IMG/VR virus record: IMGVR_UViG_3300025098_000012
Span: 62,001 to 126,000 of that record
Reading direction: 5' to 3' (one strand)
Length of the DNA: 64,000 bases
Each line of letters opens with the position of its first letter. The stretch's first letter is position 1. Below the pieces are notes generated by a model. The model saw nothing but the letters and a program-made list of their open reading frames with translations. It made no database searches and had not been told where the DNA came from. The position numbers and the translations under genes were made by a program. Shown piece after piece: positions 1 through 9,152 of the stretch.

Positions 1-2175
1 ATGAGGTGTACTTTAGAAATGCTTCATGGTAGTGGTGCAGACACGAGGGCATTAACAGGGGTTGAGCTACTGATGCCCTGTATGGGTAATCGGCACTTCA
101 TGGGAGGTATACCAGAGATTGGGGATAGGTGTGTTGTTGGTTGGTTTGCAAATGACACAAGAGCAGGTACATCGGGTAAGACTCCTGCGATCTTAGCGTG
201 GTGGCCTTCAACACCTTGGATCAAACATGATTGGCACATGACTCAAGGTTTCGACCCCGATGAGAATATAATGGAGGACAATGTAAAGAGACAGATTGTC
301 CAAAACTTCCATCAGCGTGTCCGACATAAGATGAGGCACTTCTCTCCTGGTAATATAGGTGCTAGTTCATCTCAAGGATCTGATATGGTTCTTGATGAGA
401 GCGTCTTATTGAGCAATCGGAGAGCGAATGAGATCATCATAAGAGATCAAGACCAAGCGATTGTAATGAGGTCTTTACAGCAGTTCCATGCGATGTCGGG
501 AGCTAGAGTCTATGCAGGTATGGTTCAAAGAGATGCTAGAACTCTACCTAGAGAGATGTTCTCTGATGGGATTAAGTGGGATGCCAACATACAGATAGAC
601 TCTGAGGGTAATCCTTATAACCCATTCAGTGGGGGAGAGGGTTTTCAAAATCCTTTAGAGCAAGGGGAGCTACAGCCTCATCCAGTTTTTCAAAGAGATG
701 ACTTTGAGGGAGTCGGTGTAAACATTGAGGGAGAGCGTACCAACTACAAGGGGAGCTTCCCTACTCATTTAGACCCTTATGTTTTCTTATATAACGCAGG
801 GTTTGTGGATGATGATTATGAAGAACTGAACGAAGAGAGCGACATCATTTATGGAGGTAAGTCGATACTAAGAGTGGGTAAAGAGTTTGGTAAAAATGCG
901 TTTGATAATGGTCAAGCCTTTACCGAGTATCGCATTGAGATGAACCATCTAACTGATGGCATCCTTCCTGTGACCGAACAAACAGATGGGTTTGACTCGG
1001 ACAGGGCGAGCAATAAACCTAACGAGAACAGGACACCTCCATTCATCGAATGGGTGTTAGGGACACCTGTAGGTAATGATGCGTTTTCATCTAAAGGCAA
1101 AGAAGAATATGGACTACCTGTCGTCCCTAGTTTAACAACTCTTGGGGTGGCGAACGAAGCAACCCCTTTTGCCGACCATGCCGCTACTCTTTTGAGGATT
1201 ACACCTGTTGTTCCTAACATAGACGAATCTTTTGTGTCATTCACGAAGGGTGGGAAGCTCAAGGCTAAGATTTCTAGTCCATCAGAAGATGCTCTTGAAG
1301 CTACAGTCGAAGGAGGAGCGTTCTTAAATGTAAATAACGAGCTGTCTGTACAGAGTGATAAGTCAACTTTCTCTAGTCTAACAAAGACGAACATTAACTC
1401 TTTAGGGTCTGTTGAGATCAATGGTTCGGGTAGTGTAGAGGGAGAGCCATTAGAGGGTTCAGATAACTCGGTGTCCGTCATCATCAAAGGCACTAAGCGT
1501 ATTAGCATACAGTCGGACACAGCAATAGCGTTCAAAGCTCCTGTCGTTGACTTCTCTCAAGTAGGTCAGTTGAGGTTAGCCTCTTCCGACCAAATGGAGT
1601 TCAATACAGGGGCAGGGTTATCACAGACAGCCGATACCATTAAGCAATCCTCAATGGGTCAGTTTGAGCAAGTATGTGGAGGACCAGCAGGGTTTAATCC
1701 CCTTGCAGGACCAGCTCGTAAAGTCACAGTAACCGAGTCTCCAGTGACAGGAGGTGCAGGTTTACCCTCTGACTCATACACCAATGCGTTTGGTGGTAAG
1801 TCAGAAATCTTTATTGGACCAGCTACGAACACTAGGACACTCGCTGTTGGCACAGAGACTAAAACTATTGTAGCAGGTTCTGATCAAACAATTGTGGGTA
1901 CGACTGTTAATATGACCGATCCCACAGGTACTAAGTTTCTTGCTCCTGCTGGAGCTGTTATAGCCACAGCAGGTACAGTCATTGCGATGACTGCGAATGT
2001 GGTTGCATTAAGAGGCAATGCTAATGTGTCTATCAGTGGTGCTTCTGTTGTGATTGGCTCACCTGGTGCGTCTGTAGGTCCTATCGTGTGTGGTTCGGAC
2101 ATACACCCGATCTTAGGTATACCTTTCTTGAGTTTCTGTCCACCTAGAGGTCAGAACTTAGCGATTACTCCTTGA
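1..2175 (+). CDS. Baseplate hub/spike-like virion protein (gp5/VgrG-like), possibly 5'-truncated
   Basis: PEIGDRCVVGW resembles the gp5/VgrG OB-fold motif; C-terminal S/T/G/V-rich beta-repeat region. Confidence 0.55.
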   Translation: MRCTLEMLHGSGADTRALTGVELLMPCMGNRHFMGGIPEIGDRCVVGWFANDTRAGTSGKTPAILAWWPSTPWIKHDWHMTQGFDPDENIMEDNVKRQIVQNFHQRVRHKMRHFSPGNIGASSSQGSDMVLDESVLLSNRRANEIIIRDQDQAIVMRSLQQFHAMSGARVYAGMVQRDARTLPREMFSDGIKWDANIQIDSEGNPYNPFSGGEGFQNPLEQGELQPHPVFQRDDFEGVGVNIEGERTNYKGSFPTHLDPYVFLYNAGFVDDDYEELNEESDIIYGGKSILRVGKEFGKNAFDNGQAFTEYRIEMNHLTDGILPVTEQTDGFDSDRASNKPNENRTPPFIEWVLGTPVGNDAFSSKGKEEYGLPVVPSLTTLGVANEATPFADHAATLLRITPVVPNIDESFVSFTKGGKLKAKISSPSEDALEATVEGGAFLNVNNELSVQSDKSTFSSLTKTNINSLGSVEINGSGSVEGEPLEGSDNSVSVIIKGTKRISIQSDTAIAFKAPVVDFSQVGQLRLASSDQMEFNTGAGLSQTADTIKQSSMGQFEQVCGGPAGFNPLAGPARKVTVTESPVTGGAGLPSDSYTNAFGGKSEIFIGPATNTRTLAVGTETKTIVAGSDQTIVGTTVNMTDPTGTKFLAPAGAVIATAGTVIAMTANVVALRGNANVSISGASVVIGSPGASVGPIVCGSDIHPILGIPFLSFCPPRGQNLAITP

Positions 2176-2633
2176 GGCCAGTAATAATCCATACCTGCTT
2201 CATCAAATGGGAAATAGTCTTTATAATGGTCGTAGTCTTTCTCTAATAGCTTAGACCGATGAGACATATGGACTAACTCGTTCCCCCACCATACAGGTGC
2301 TTTCTTGGACGCATTAGGGTGTTGATCTCTCCACAGCTCAAAGCGTTCAAGCAGGGTGTCTTTATATCCACGCTCAATCCATTCTTTACAGATTGCTTCC
2401 GAGTAAAGACACAAGAACCATTCATGTCCTTTCCACATAAGGATAGCAGGGTGGTTAGTCCAACCTCGCTTACGCTTCACTCCACGCTTATCTACCATGT
2501 AAAGGTCATTACGCTCTATATGACCAAGCGTGTTGAGTATCTGATAGGACTCGACTCTTTGCTTACCAAGTCGTTGTCGGTCTAAAGACCAAGAGATAAT
2601 CTCAAGGTCATCACTAGGTACGAATGTTTGCAT
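2151..2633 (-). CDS. Pyrimidine-dimer DNA glycosylase-like protein (DenV-related, MSMEG_6728 family)
   Basis: Family motifs MQTF.P, LD..RLGKQRVE..QIL, GW..HPA..MW.G, EW..RGY, H.SHRS.LL.KD, Y.WP. Confidence 0.85.
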   Translation of the reverse strand: MQTFVPSDDLEIISWSLDRQRLGKQRVESYQILNTLGHIERNDLYMVDKRGVKRKRGWTNHPAILMWKGHEWFLCLYSEAICKEWIERGYKDTLLERFELWRDQHPNASKKAPVWWGNELVHMSHRSKLLEKDYDHYKDYFPFDEAGMDYYWPQGVIAKF

Positions 2634-2719
2634 GATGGTTCTCCTACAAGAGTATATAATCTAAGGGTTACGCTTCCTAGATTATCTATTGTCGCACCTT
2701 ATATGAAGGAGGTGTGCCG

Positions 2720-2932
2720 ATGAGAACACTAGAAGAAGCCATAGTTATCGTTAAGAGTCTGTTTTCTGCTCCGTTGGGTAGTTTCCCTAAAGGTGGAGTA
2801 GAAAGCTCTTTAAGGGTGCGTTTAAGCACCTCTCCGACAACAATCACTTTGATCTCAGAAAATGAATTGTCTGTTTCACTTAGTCTTAAATCGGACAAGC
2901 CCCAAGTCGATGTTCATTTCTCTAGTATCTGA
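2720..2932 (+). CDS. Hypothetical protein
   Basis: Strong SD AAGGAGGT before ATG 2720; short. Confidence 0.4.
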   Translation: MRTLEEAIVIVKSLFSAPLGSFPKGGVESSLRVRLSTSPTTITLISENELSVSLSLKSDKPQVDVHFSSI

Positions 2933-2950
2933 CATGGTACTCCTTCTCCC

Positions 2951-3421
2951 TTAAAGTAGGGTGCTTGGAGTTGATAGTGATTGATGGAGGGGGAACTTGA
3001 GCGTTTTGACCTTATCCTCGCCTTGATCCTCTAGTTTATCAAAGCCTTGTCGGACACGAGCTGTTAGCCCGACACAAGACCCATTTGCTTCATAGTCGGG
3101 GGCTACAGGCTGAGTCTCTGAAAAGGCACTTGCTAGTGTTTTCCAAGTCGGTTCTACTCCATTGAGTAGACGCTTGATGTTCTCGATTGCTCGACCCTTC
3201 TCAACCGTATACGATGCACGACCACTCGTGTTCACTCGGACAAAGAGGTTTGCGAGAGGGAGTCGTATAACATACTCCCACACATTCCATCTGTCTGAAG
3301 AGTCGGAGCGTCCATAGGCGAACTCGACCTCACCGATGACCTGTCCATCTCGGACGATCACATCTGTCTTATTGTAGTGGCTCTTATCGCCACGCTTGTA
3401 TCCTACTAGTTTTATATTCAT
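2951..3421 (-). CDS. Hypothetical protein (cassette gene)
   Basis: SD AAAGGAGA and motif copy at 3480-3496. Confidence 0.75.
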   Translation of the reverse strand: MNIKLVGYKRGDKSHYNKTDVIVRDGQVIGEVEFAYGRSDSSDRWNVWEYVIRLPLANLFVRVNTSGRASYTVEKGRAIENIKRLLNGVEPTWKTLASAFSETQPVAPDYEANGSCVGLTARVRQGFDKLEDQGEDKVKTLKFPLHQSLSTPSTLL

Positions 3422-3479
3422 GGTATCTCCTTTGAGAGTGAGAAAGGATGGAGGCTGACTTAGCCTCGCTACACCATGA

Positions 3480-3496
3480 TATAGATAAGGGGTTAC
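3480..3496 (-). promoter_or_regulatory. Outlying copy of the GTAACCCCTTATCTATA motif (degenerate copy at 2655-2671)
   Basis: TATAGATAAGGGGTTAC on +, followed on - by hairpin GAGGCT..AGCCTC and an SD. Confidence 0.85.
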
Positions 3497-3499
3497 ACC

Positions 3500-3886
3500 T
3501 TACACATCATCTGGAAATAGATTGTCTAAGCTCTCTTCAACAAAGGGTGAGGGATCATCGTCTTGAGCGTTCTGATTGCCTTGATGTGCGAGCAGTCTCA
3601 CCTCAATGGACTTGCCGAACAGTTGCTTGCGTGAAAGCGACTTAACGATGTCCTTATCCCATTCGACCACGCTGTACAGATCAGTGTCTTGGAAGTCGAA
3701 CATATCGGTGTGGACAAGAGCGAGTTTGAGAGCATCAGATGGGTTCTCTGCAAAGTCGGTACGGATGATCTTATACTCATCATCTTCATCTGACCTTGAG
3801 GACAGACAGATACCGAACGCATACTGATTGCGAGGCATAGACTTGAGGAAAAAGGATGAGCCACGCTTAGGCTTAAAGTTATTCAT
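3500..3886 (-). CDS. Hypothetical protein
   Basis: SD AGGAGA; TCATATAA at 3925-3932. Confidence 0.7.
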   Translation of the reverse strand: MNNFKPKRGSSFFLKSMPRNQYAFGICLSSRSDEDDEYKIIRTDFAENPSDALKLALVHTDMFDFQDTDLYSVVEWDKDIVKSLSRKQLFGKSIEVRLLAHQGNQNAQDDDPSPFVEESLDNLFPDDV

Positions 3887-4290
3887 ATTGTCATCTCCTG
3901 TAGGAGTGGTTGTTGATAATTAGGTTATATGAAAACGCTCTGTAAATGATGAAAAATTATGTATTCTCTTCTTTCAAAAGATCTGAGTACCTCTGCTCCA
4001 TAAGGGCTGATGCAACCCCCCTTGTAGAGATTTGGTACTTTCGTTGTCCAGTCGGGCGAGCGACTCTCTTAGAGCTTTTCGCATATCTTCTCGCATCATC
4101 TCCAACATTAGAAAACAATGTCTTTGAGTAGTGAACCGACCTCGCACCACTCTTTATATTCTTCAAAAAACTCCTCATCCATAGGCTTGTTGCCCCCGAT
4201 GTTTTTGGAAGATTTGATCCATGAAGAAAAAAACTGTTTGAGTAGTCCGACCCATCACTCCATTCTTCTTCTTGTTTTTGTCCTTACGCA

Positions 4291-4545
4291 TTAGTTTCCA
4301 AAGTTGCTCTTAGGATTGGTGATGTGTTGATACAGGTCTTTCCATTCCTGTTGTCCAATAGACGAGTTCTTGAAGTAGTTCGTCTTGACCATGTTATATG
4401 ATGATTCGGGAAAGGCTCTCGAACTCGCTTTATCTCCTTGCGATTTCTCAAGTTGCTCTTGAAACTCTTTAAATGAGACACCTGCCATAGTGCAGATGAC
4501 CTCTAAAGCTCTCTCTGCTGGTGTTTTATTTCGACCTCTAGCCAT
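4291..4545 (-). CDS. Hypothetical protein
   Basis: SD AAAGGAGA; TCATATAA at 4581-4588. Confidence 0.7.
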   Translation of the reverse strand: MARGRNKTPAERALEVICTMAGVSFKEFQEQLEKSQGDKASSRAFPESSYNMVKTNYFKNSSIGQQEWKDLYQHITNPKSNFGN

Positions 4546-4648
4546 GATAGCTCTCCTTTGTAGTTTATTGGATACTATGCTTATATGATTTAACCCTTGA
4601 ATGGAGAATGACCCATGAAGAGATCAGCAAGCGAATAATACACTGAGA

Positions 4649-4939
4649 TTACCTTAACTTGGATTTTTTAACATAGACTCCATACCTAGCTCGACCAATC
4701 AACCCCATCTGCTTCACCACACCTAGCTCTTGGGAGATCTGATCTCGCAGTCGAACACGAGATTTCTTACTCGTGTTCTTTGAAGTTTTGACCTCCTTAG
4801 TCTTGAGCTTATAATCTGCACCTAATTCTCGGTGTGTGATATAAGAGTTCAAACAACATTCAACAGTTTGTGGTGTGTCTGTATTATTAAAGTGTTCAAT
4901 CAAGAACTCTCTTATATCTTGTCTCCGACTTTTAGGCAT
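4649..4939 (-). CDS. Small basic winged-helix-like protein
   Basis: C-terminal LRDQISQELGVVKQMGLIGRARYGVY resembles a wHTH recognition helix plus wing. Confidence 0.5.
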   Translation of the reverse strand: MPKSRRQDIREFLIEHFNNTDTPQTVECCLNSYITHRELGADYKLKTKEVKTSKNTSKKSRVRLRDQISQELGVVKQMGLIGRARYGVYVKKSKLR

Positions 4940-4943
4940 AGCG

Positions 4944-5285
4944 ATGTTCACACAGATAATAAATGGTCAGCGTAAATGTGAGCTACCCGATCCTCATATA
5001 CACTCGTGGGACTACCTTAAAGGCATATTATCAGATTGTGGGTTTGCTTTAAAGCAAAGTGCTTCATCTAAAGAATACATTATGAAAGGGTGTAAAGGTC
5101 GGATTTTAATCTATGTAAAGTTTACTAATAACACCCAATGCAAAGTTGTATTCGTTAGTAAGAGTGAAAGTCATGAGTCGCTAGAGCTAGAATGGGATCA
5201 TCGGACTAAGTATCGTCAAAACGGTGATCTTGTACTAGCCTCTATCAGACAGGTTTGGTTCTCTCAGCCCAAACTCTCCGAATGA
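4944..5285 (+). CDS. Member of the NG.R / GF / IR.VW paralogue family
   Basis: IINGQRK...LSDCGF...SIRQVW. Confidence 0.6.
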   Translation: MFTQIINGQRKCELPDPHIHSWDYLKGILSDCGFALKQSASSKEYIMKGCKGRILIYVKFTNNTQCKVVFVSKSESHESLELEWDHRTKYRQNGDLVLASIRQVWFSQPKLSE

Positions 5286-5562
5286 TCTCAAAGAAATCTT
5301 TGGACTCTCTAATAGGGTAAGAGCATTGGTTGTCGAAGCCCCAAGTGGCATTGTTCATATTAACTAGGATGAAAATCTCGGTATCTGCCAAATACCAACG
5401 CTCCACCCCTGCGTATTCACCATATTTTCTGAAGCTACTTTCGATTAAACCCACAGAGAAATACATGAGGCAAAGGTTATCTTTACCTCCTTTAAACGCT
5501 TGTAGGGATTTATCAGACCATCCTCTTTTGAAGTCGATTTTATTTGTGGCGAGAGAGATCAT
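5245..5562 (-). CDS. Member of the IR.VW paralogue family
   Basis: KRGW...IESSF...EIIRRVW; start overlaps the upstream stop (ATGA). Confidence 0.6.
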   Translation of the reverse strand: MISLATNKIDFKRGWSDKSLQAFKGGKDNLCLMYFSVGLIESSFRKYGEYAGVERWYLADTEIFILVNMNNATWGFDNQCSYPIRESKDFFEIIRRVWAERTKPV

Positions 5563-6539
5563 AGAGCTGTGTTATCCTCCTCACCTGTATCAACATCATC
5601 AAGCAACGACTTATAATAAGGCTCTGGCCCACGATCTCTAGGCTTACTAAAGTCGGGAACACTTGATGCCACTCTATCTACGGTGTTTGGAGCAGGAGGG
5701 CCTGATACGGTTTCGCTAGAACCTGCGAGCTGTTCTTGATCCATCGCTTCAAAGAAGTTGAGGTCAATGTTGGTTACAATGTGTGAGAGGTGTACCTCAT
5801 CGAGTTGCTTATTCGGATCATAAGGGGCGAGTTTAGCTGTTGTTCCAGAGAGAGCATTAAATAAGATGTCATCCCTCTCGATTAACAACTGTTCTCTTAA
5901 ATCACAGAGCTTAATGATCCTCGCTTCAAGGTTGTTCCTCAAGTGTGCGATTTCTTGTGTTGCCCATTTACGAGCATGGGAGATTACACCACCTATTTCG
6001 TCTGCTCTCGGATAGATACTTTTATTGCCCCCACCGAGCCTCCAACTAGGATACTTTAGTACAGGCAACCAACCCGATGTGTCTATCTGTTCTGACGCTT
6101 CTGTTGTGGAAGTTATAGGGTATAAGACACCACCGTATGGCTGATCATAACTCTTGTAAACATTCTGAACATTGCCTTGTGTGTCTGTTACTACAGATCG
6201 CCCTTCACCTGCTTCAACTTCACGCTCAACCCAATCATAAGAGTCTGGTCTCAAGAACATGGAGATGTCAAAGGGGTTTCCCCCTTGAGCTATATATGCT
6301 TTTAGGAGTTTGCCTATAGCCGAGTTAACATTGACTTGAAGTCCAATTCTTTTTTCAGTGCAAACTTGCTCTTCCCCCTCACCTGTTTTTTCATATGTGA
6401 TGCGTATCTCTCCTATACGATTGATCTCTTTATTGATGTAGTTGATACGATAACCAACATTCTGTCTTTGCAGTAGGACAAAGCGTCTAAACTCTAGCCA
6501 CTGTCCTCTACGAAACATACAGTTCCAACCAAAGCTCAT
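5559..6539 (-). CDS. Probable virion structural protein
   Basis: 326 aa, translationally coupled within the 18828-5245 operon. Confidence 0.6.
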   Translation of the reverse strand: MSFGWNCMFRRGQWLEFRRFVLLQRQNVGYRINYINKEINRIGEIRITYEKTGEGEEQVCTEKRIGLQVNVNSAIGKLLKAYIAQGGNPFDISMFLRPDSYDWVEREVEAGEGRSVVTDTQGNVQNVYKSYDQPYGGVLYPITSTTEASEQIDTSGWLPVLKYPSWRLGGGNKSIYPRADEIGGVISHARKWATQEIAHLRNNLEARIIKLCDLREQLLIERDDILFNALSGTTAKLAPYDPNKQLDEVHLSHIVTNIDLNFFEAMDQEQLAGSSETVSGPPAPNTVDRVASSVPDFSKPRDRGPEPYYKSLLDDVDTGEEDNTAL

Positions 6540-8959
6540 TAGTCTTCTCCCTCTCCACCCATGAGGGCAATAAAGAAATCAATGAGGATAGTGGGTATAC
6601 CTCCTGCTACGACCATTGCTCCTGTACCATAACCTCCCGAACCTATGTCTGGCTTATCTACTGACTGTTGCAAAGCTGAGATAAGACCTGCTGTACCATC
6701 AGCTAAATGAAATGTACCGTATAGACCAGCAGGGAAACGGAAGCTCAGTATTAAATCTATGAGGGCTTTTATCTTTGCTATAATCGCCTGTACTTGAGCG
6801 ATCCTTGTTTTCAACATATGGATGAACTTAAGTATCTGAGATACGATACCTTCAAGACCCTTTAGAAATCCTTCCATGTATTTCTTAACCGTATCTATAA
6901 ATTCGGTCAAAGCACTTAGATCAGCATCTCTAAAGGGTCGTTGGGTTAGCCAGTTTCCTGTCTCTTTAGCGACAGGAGGGCTTAAGGTGACCACTCTTTG
7001 TGCGAGTCTAAATGTTTCTTTAAAGTCCTTGTGCAAAAACAGATGTCCGATAAACACATCCAAGTCTGCAATCACAGGGGATTTAGACTCTGGCCAACCA
7101 TCATGGGTAATCTGATCTTTAAACGCAGTAAGAGTGTCAGTGTCATAATTAGATGCTATGGGGGTTAGCATCTGTCGAGTTATGCCAGCCACCTCAAATT
7201 GAGAGGCAGTTGGGAAAATGCTTACTTCTCCTCCGTAAGCTGTGTCCTTCACCATTTTATCTAGGTCGAGAGGAAACTCGTTAATCTTATCTAGGGTACT
7301 TTTCAAGGAGTTAAGGGTCGCATCAGAAGGCATCTCAGACTTAAACTTGAGCATGATTTTTCTTAACCAGTCGATTGCCCCCTTCGCAAACTCTTGAATA
7401 GTTTGTAGCTCGTCATATAGATCGCTGTTTGCGGTATCACCTAATAGGGAGATTAGGGTTAGCTCTTTACCCACAGGATCATCAAATCCAAGCCTTTTCC
7501 TATTATAATCAATATACGGTTGAGCTAACAAGTGAGCGAGCCAATAGAACTTGACTGCTTTGAGGTACTTTTCTCGTATGTCGGAAGGACTTTTGACCGT
7601 CACGATGGCAGATGGTTTAGAGAGACTACCTTTAGGCATTGTAAGTGTGTATGAGCCTGCACCTACCCTTTGGGGTACAAGAAAATCTCCTCCAACTAAC
7701 TGATCCTGTGTGCTACCTGTCCGTAGTAAGCCAGGTAGCTCTATTGTTGTCTTACTTATGGAGTCGTAGTCGTCCGAGTCGATTGTGAGTGAGTACATCG
7801 TAATGTAATACTCCGACTCTAAGTTCCCGTCTATCTTCAAACTATCTAAGGGGATGTCGAAGGAGAAATCGTTGTCTCCAACTAATCCACCTCCTCCCCC
7901 ACCATAGATGAAGCACCGATAAACATCAGAGATTTTCTTCCCCTCAATAGGATGTTCAATCCTATTGAGATACAGGGTGTCCTCCCCCTTTAGGATGAAA
8001 CACCCTGTATGACCAATTCCATCTTCTAACTTAAGAGGTAAGAAAAAGGTGTCCTCATCGAGCTTAGTGAACTCTGCATCCGTCTGAATGAGAGGCCATA
8101 GACGAGGGTCTGTTATCCCACCAACTAAATCTTGAACCTCTGATTTATCTGGTCCAAAAAGAGAGATCTGTAATGTTTCAGTAGGTGATCTTGGAACTCT
8201 GCGTTTGGTAGCTATTTTATCATTAGTAATGCGAGTCGCTACAGAGAACAAGAAGTAGTCGGGCAATATAAAGGTTTTAGGAAAAACCTTATTCGTTGAT
8301 GGTGGGGCAGGTAAGTTCCACTTAATCCTTACCCCATCTGGTTTATACAAATTTGGTATCTCAATGTCTCCTACAAGGTCGTTATAATACCCGACCTGCA
8401 CATTTATTGGTGCTTCTGCTTTATCGCTGTCTCCTTTAAAAGACAGAAAGAGCTTAAGTAGCTTCTTAATGTAAGCGATGATCGCTCCTAACTTAGAAGC
8501 ATCAGCACCTGCAAAGAAGGTCATTGCAAACACTTTACTTTCGGGGGAAAAGTTAGGGCGAGTAGGGTCTTTGAGGTCTAACAGCTTCTTAATCATTCTG
8601 CTTTCAAATGCAGGGTATCCACCGAGTAGCTTTTCAGCAGGCTTCTTGAACTCTTTTTTATCCCATGTAACATACCAACCGAGATTGCGAAGATCAGAGA
8701 TAAAGGACTCCAACAGAGCGATGATTTCTTCGATGATGGGCTTTAGGGGATTTGTAAAGTCGATCAGTAAAGAAGCTATGAAGTCCAATGCAGAGTTGAC
8801 CAGATCAAAGGTGAGGTTTACCACCTCGAAAATAGCATCGGTTTTCTCTTTGGTTTCGTCTAAGAGCTGATAAAAAGCGTTATCTTTGGCAACACCCACA
8901 TGACCCCATGTATTAAAGCCTGGTGCTTTAGCCCATCCGTTTGGATCGTTCTCAGCCAT
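6539..8959 (-). CDS. Probable virion/baseplate structural protein
   Basis: 806 aa; amphipathic helical termini; in structural operon. Confidence 0.6.
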   Translation of the reverse strand: MAENDPNGWAKAPGFNTWGHVGVAKDNAFYQLLDETKEKTDAIFEVVNLTFDLVNSALDFIASLLIDFTNPLKPIIEEIIALLESFISDLRNLGWYVTWDKKEFKKPAEKLLGGYPAFESRMIKKLLDLKDPTRPNFSPESKVFAMTFFAGADASKLGAIIAYIKKLLKLFLSFKGDSDKAEAPINVQVGYYNDLVGDIEIPNLYKPDGVRIKWNLPAPPSTNKVFPKTFILPDYFLFSVATRITNDKIATKRRVPRSPTETLQISLFGPDKSEVQDLVGGITDPRLWPLIQTDAEFTKLDEDTFFLPLKLEDGIGHTGCFILKGEDTLYLNRIEHPIEGKKISDVYRCFIYGGGGGGLVGDNDFSFDIPLDSLKIDGNLESEYYITMYSLTIDSDDYDSISKTTIELPGLLRTGSTQDQLVGGDFLVPQRVGAGSYTLTMPKGSLSKPSAIVTVKSPSDIREKYLKAVKFYWLAHLLAQPYIDYNRKRLGFDDPVGKELTLISLLGDTANSDLYDELQTIQEFAKGAIDWLRKIMLKFKSEMPSDATLNSLKSTLDKINEFPLDLDKMVKDTAYGGEVSIFPTASQFEVAGITRQMLTPIASNYDTDTLTAFKDQITHDGWPESKSPVIADLDVFIGHLFLHKDFKETFRLAQRVVTLSPPVAKETGNWLTQRPFRDADLSALTEFIDTVKKYMEGFLKGLEGIVSQILKFIHMLKTRIAQVQAIIAKIKALIDLILSFRFPAGLYGTFHLADGTAGLISALQQSVDKPDIGSGGYGTGAMVVAGGIPTILIDFFIALMGGEGED

Positions 8960-9152
8960 TGGGGTCTACCTTTCTCTTTTTCTTTTGTAGTTCCCACTTA
9001 GCGAGTGCTTGTTCGAGGACAGCTAAGTTACCTAAGTCCTCTTGTAGTTTACCCTCATAGTGTGCTTGAAGCGTCCTTAAGTTTTCTAGGAGCTTCCCTA
9101 CCTCAGTGCCATTAAGGTTTGGCTCTTCGGGTGTCTTTTTCCACTTACTCAT
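8952..9152 (-). CDS. Small coiled-coil protein
   Basis: Overlap-coupled to both neighbours. Confidence 0.65.
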   Translation of the reverse strand: MSKWKKTPEEPNLNGTEVGKLLENLRTLQAHYEGKLQEDLGNLAVLEQALAKWELQKKKRKVDPNG

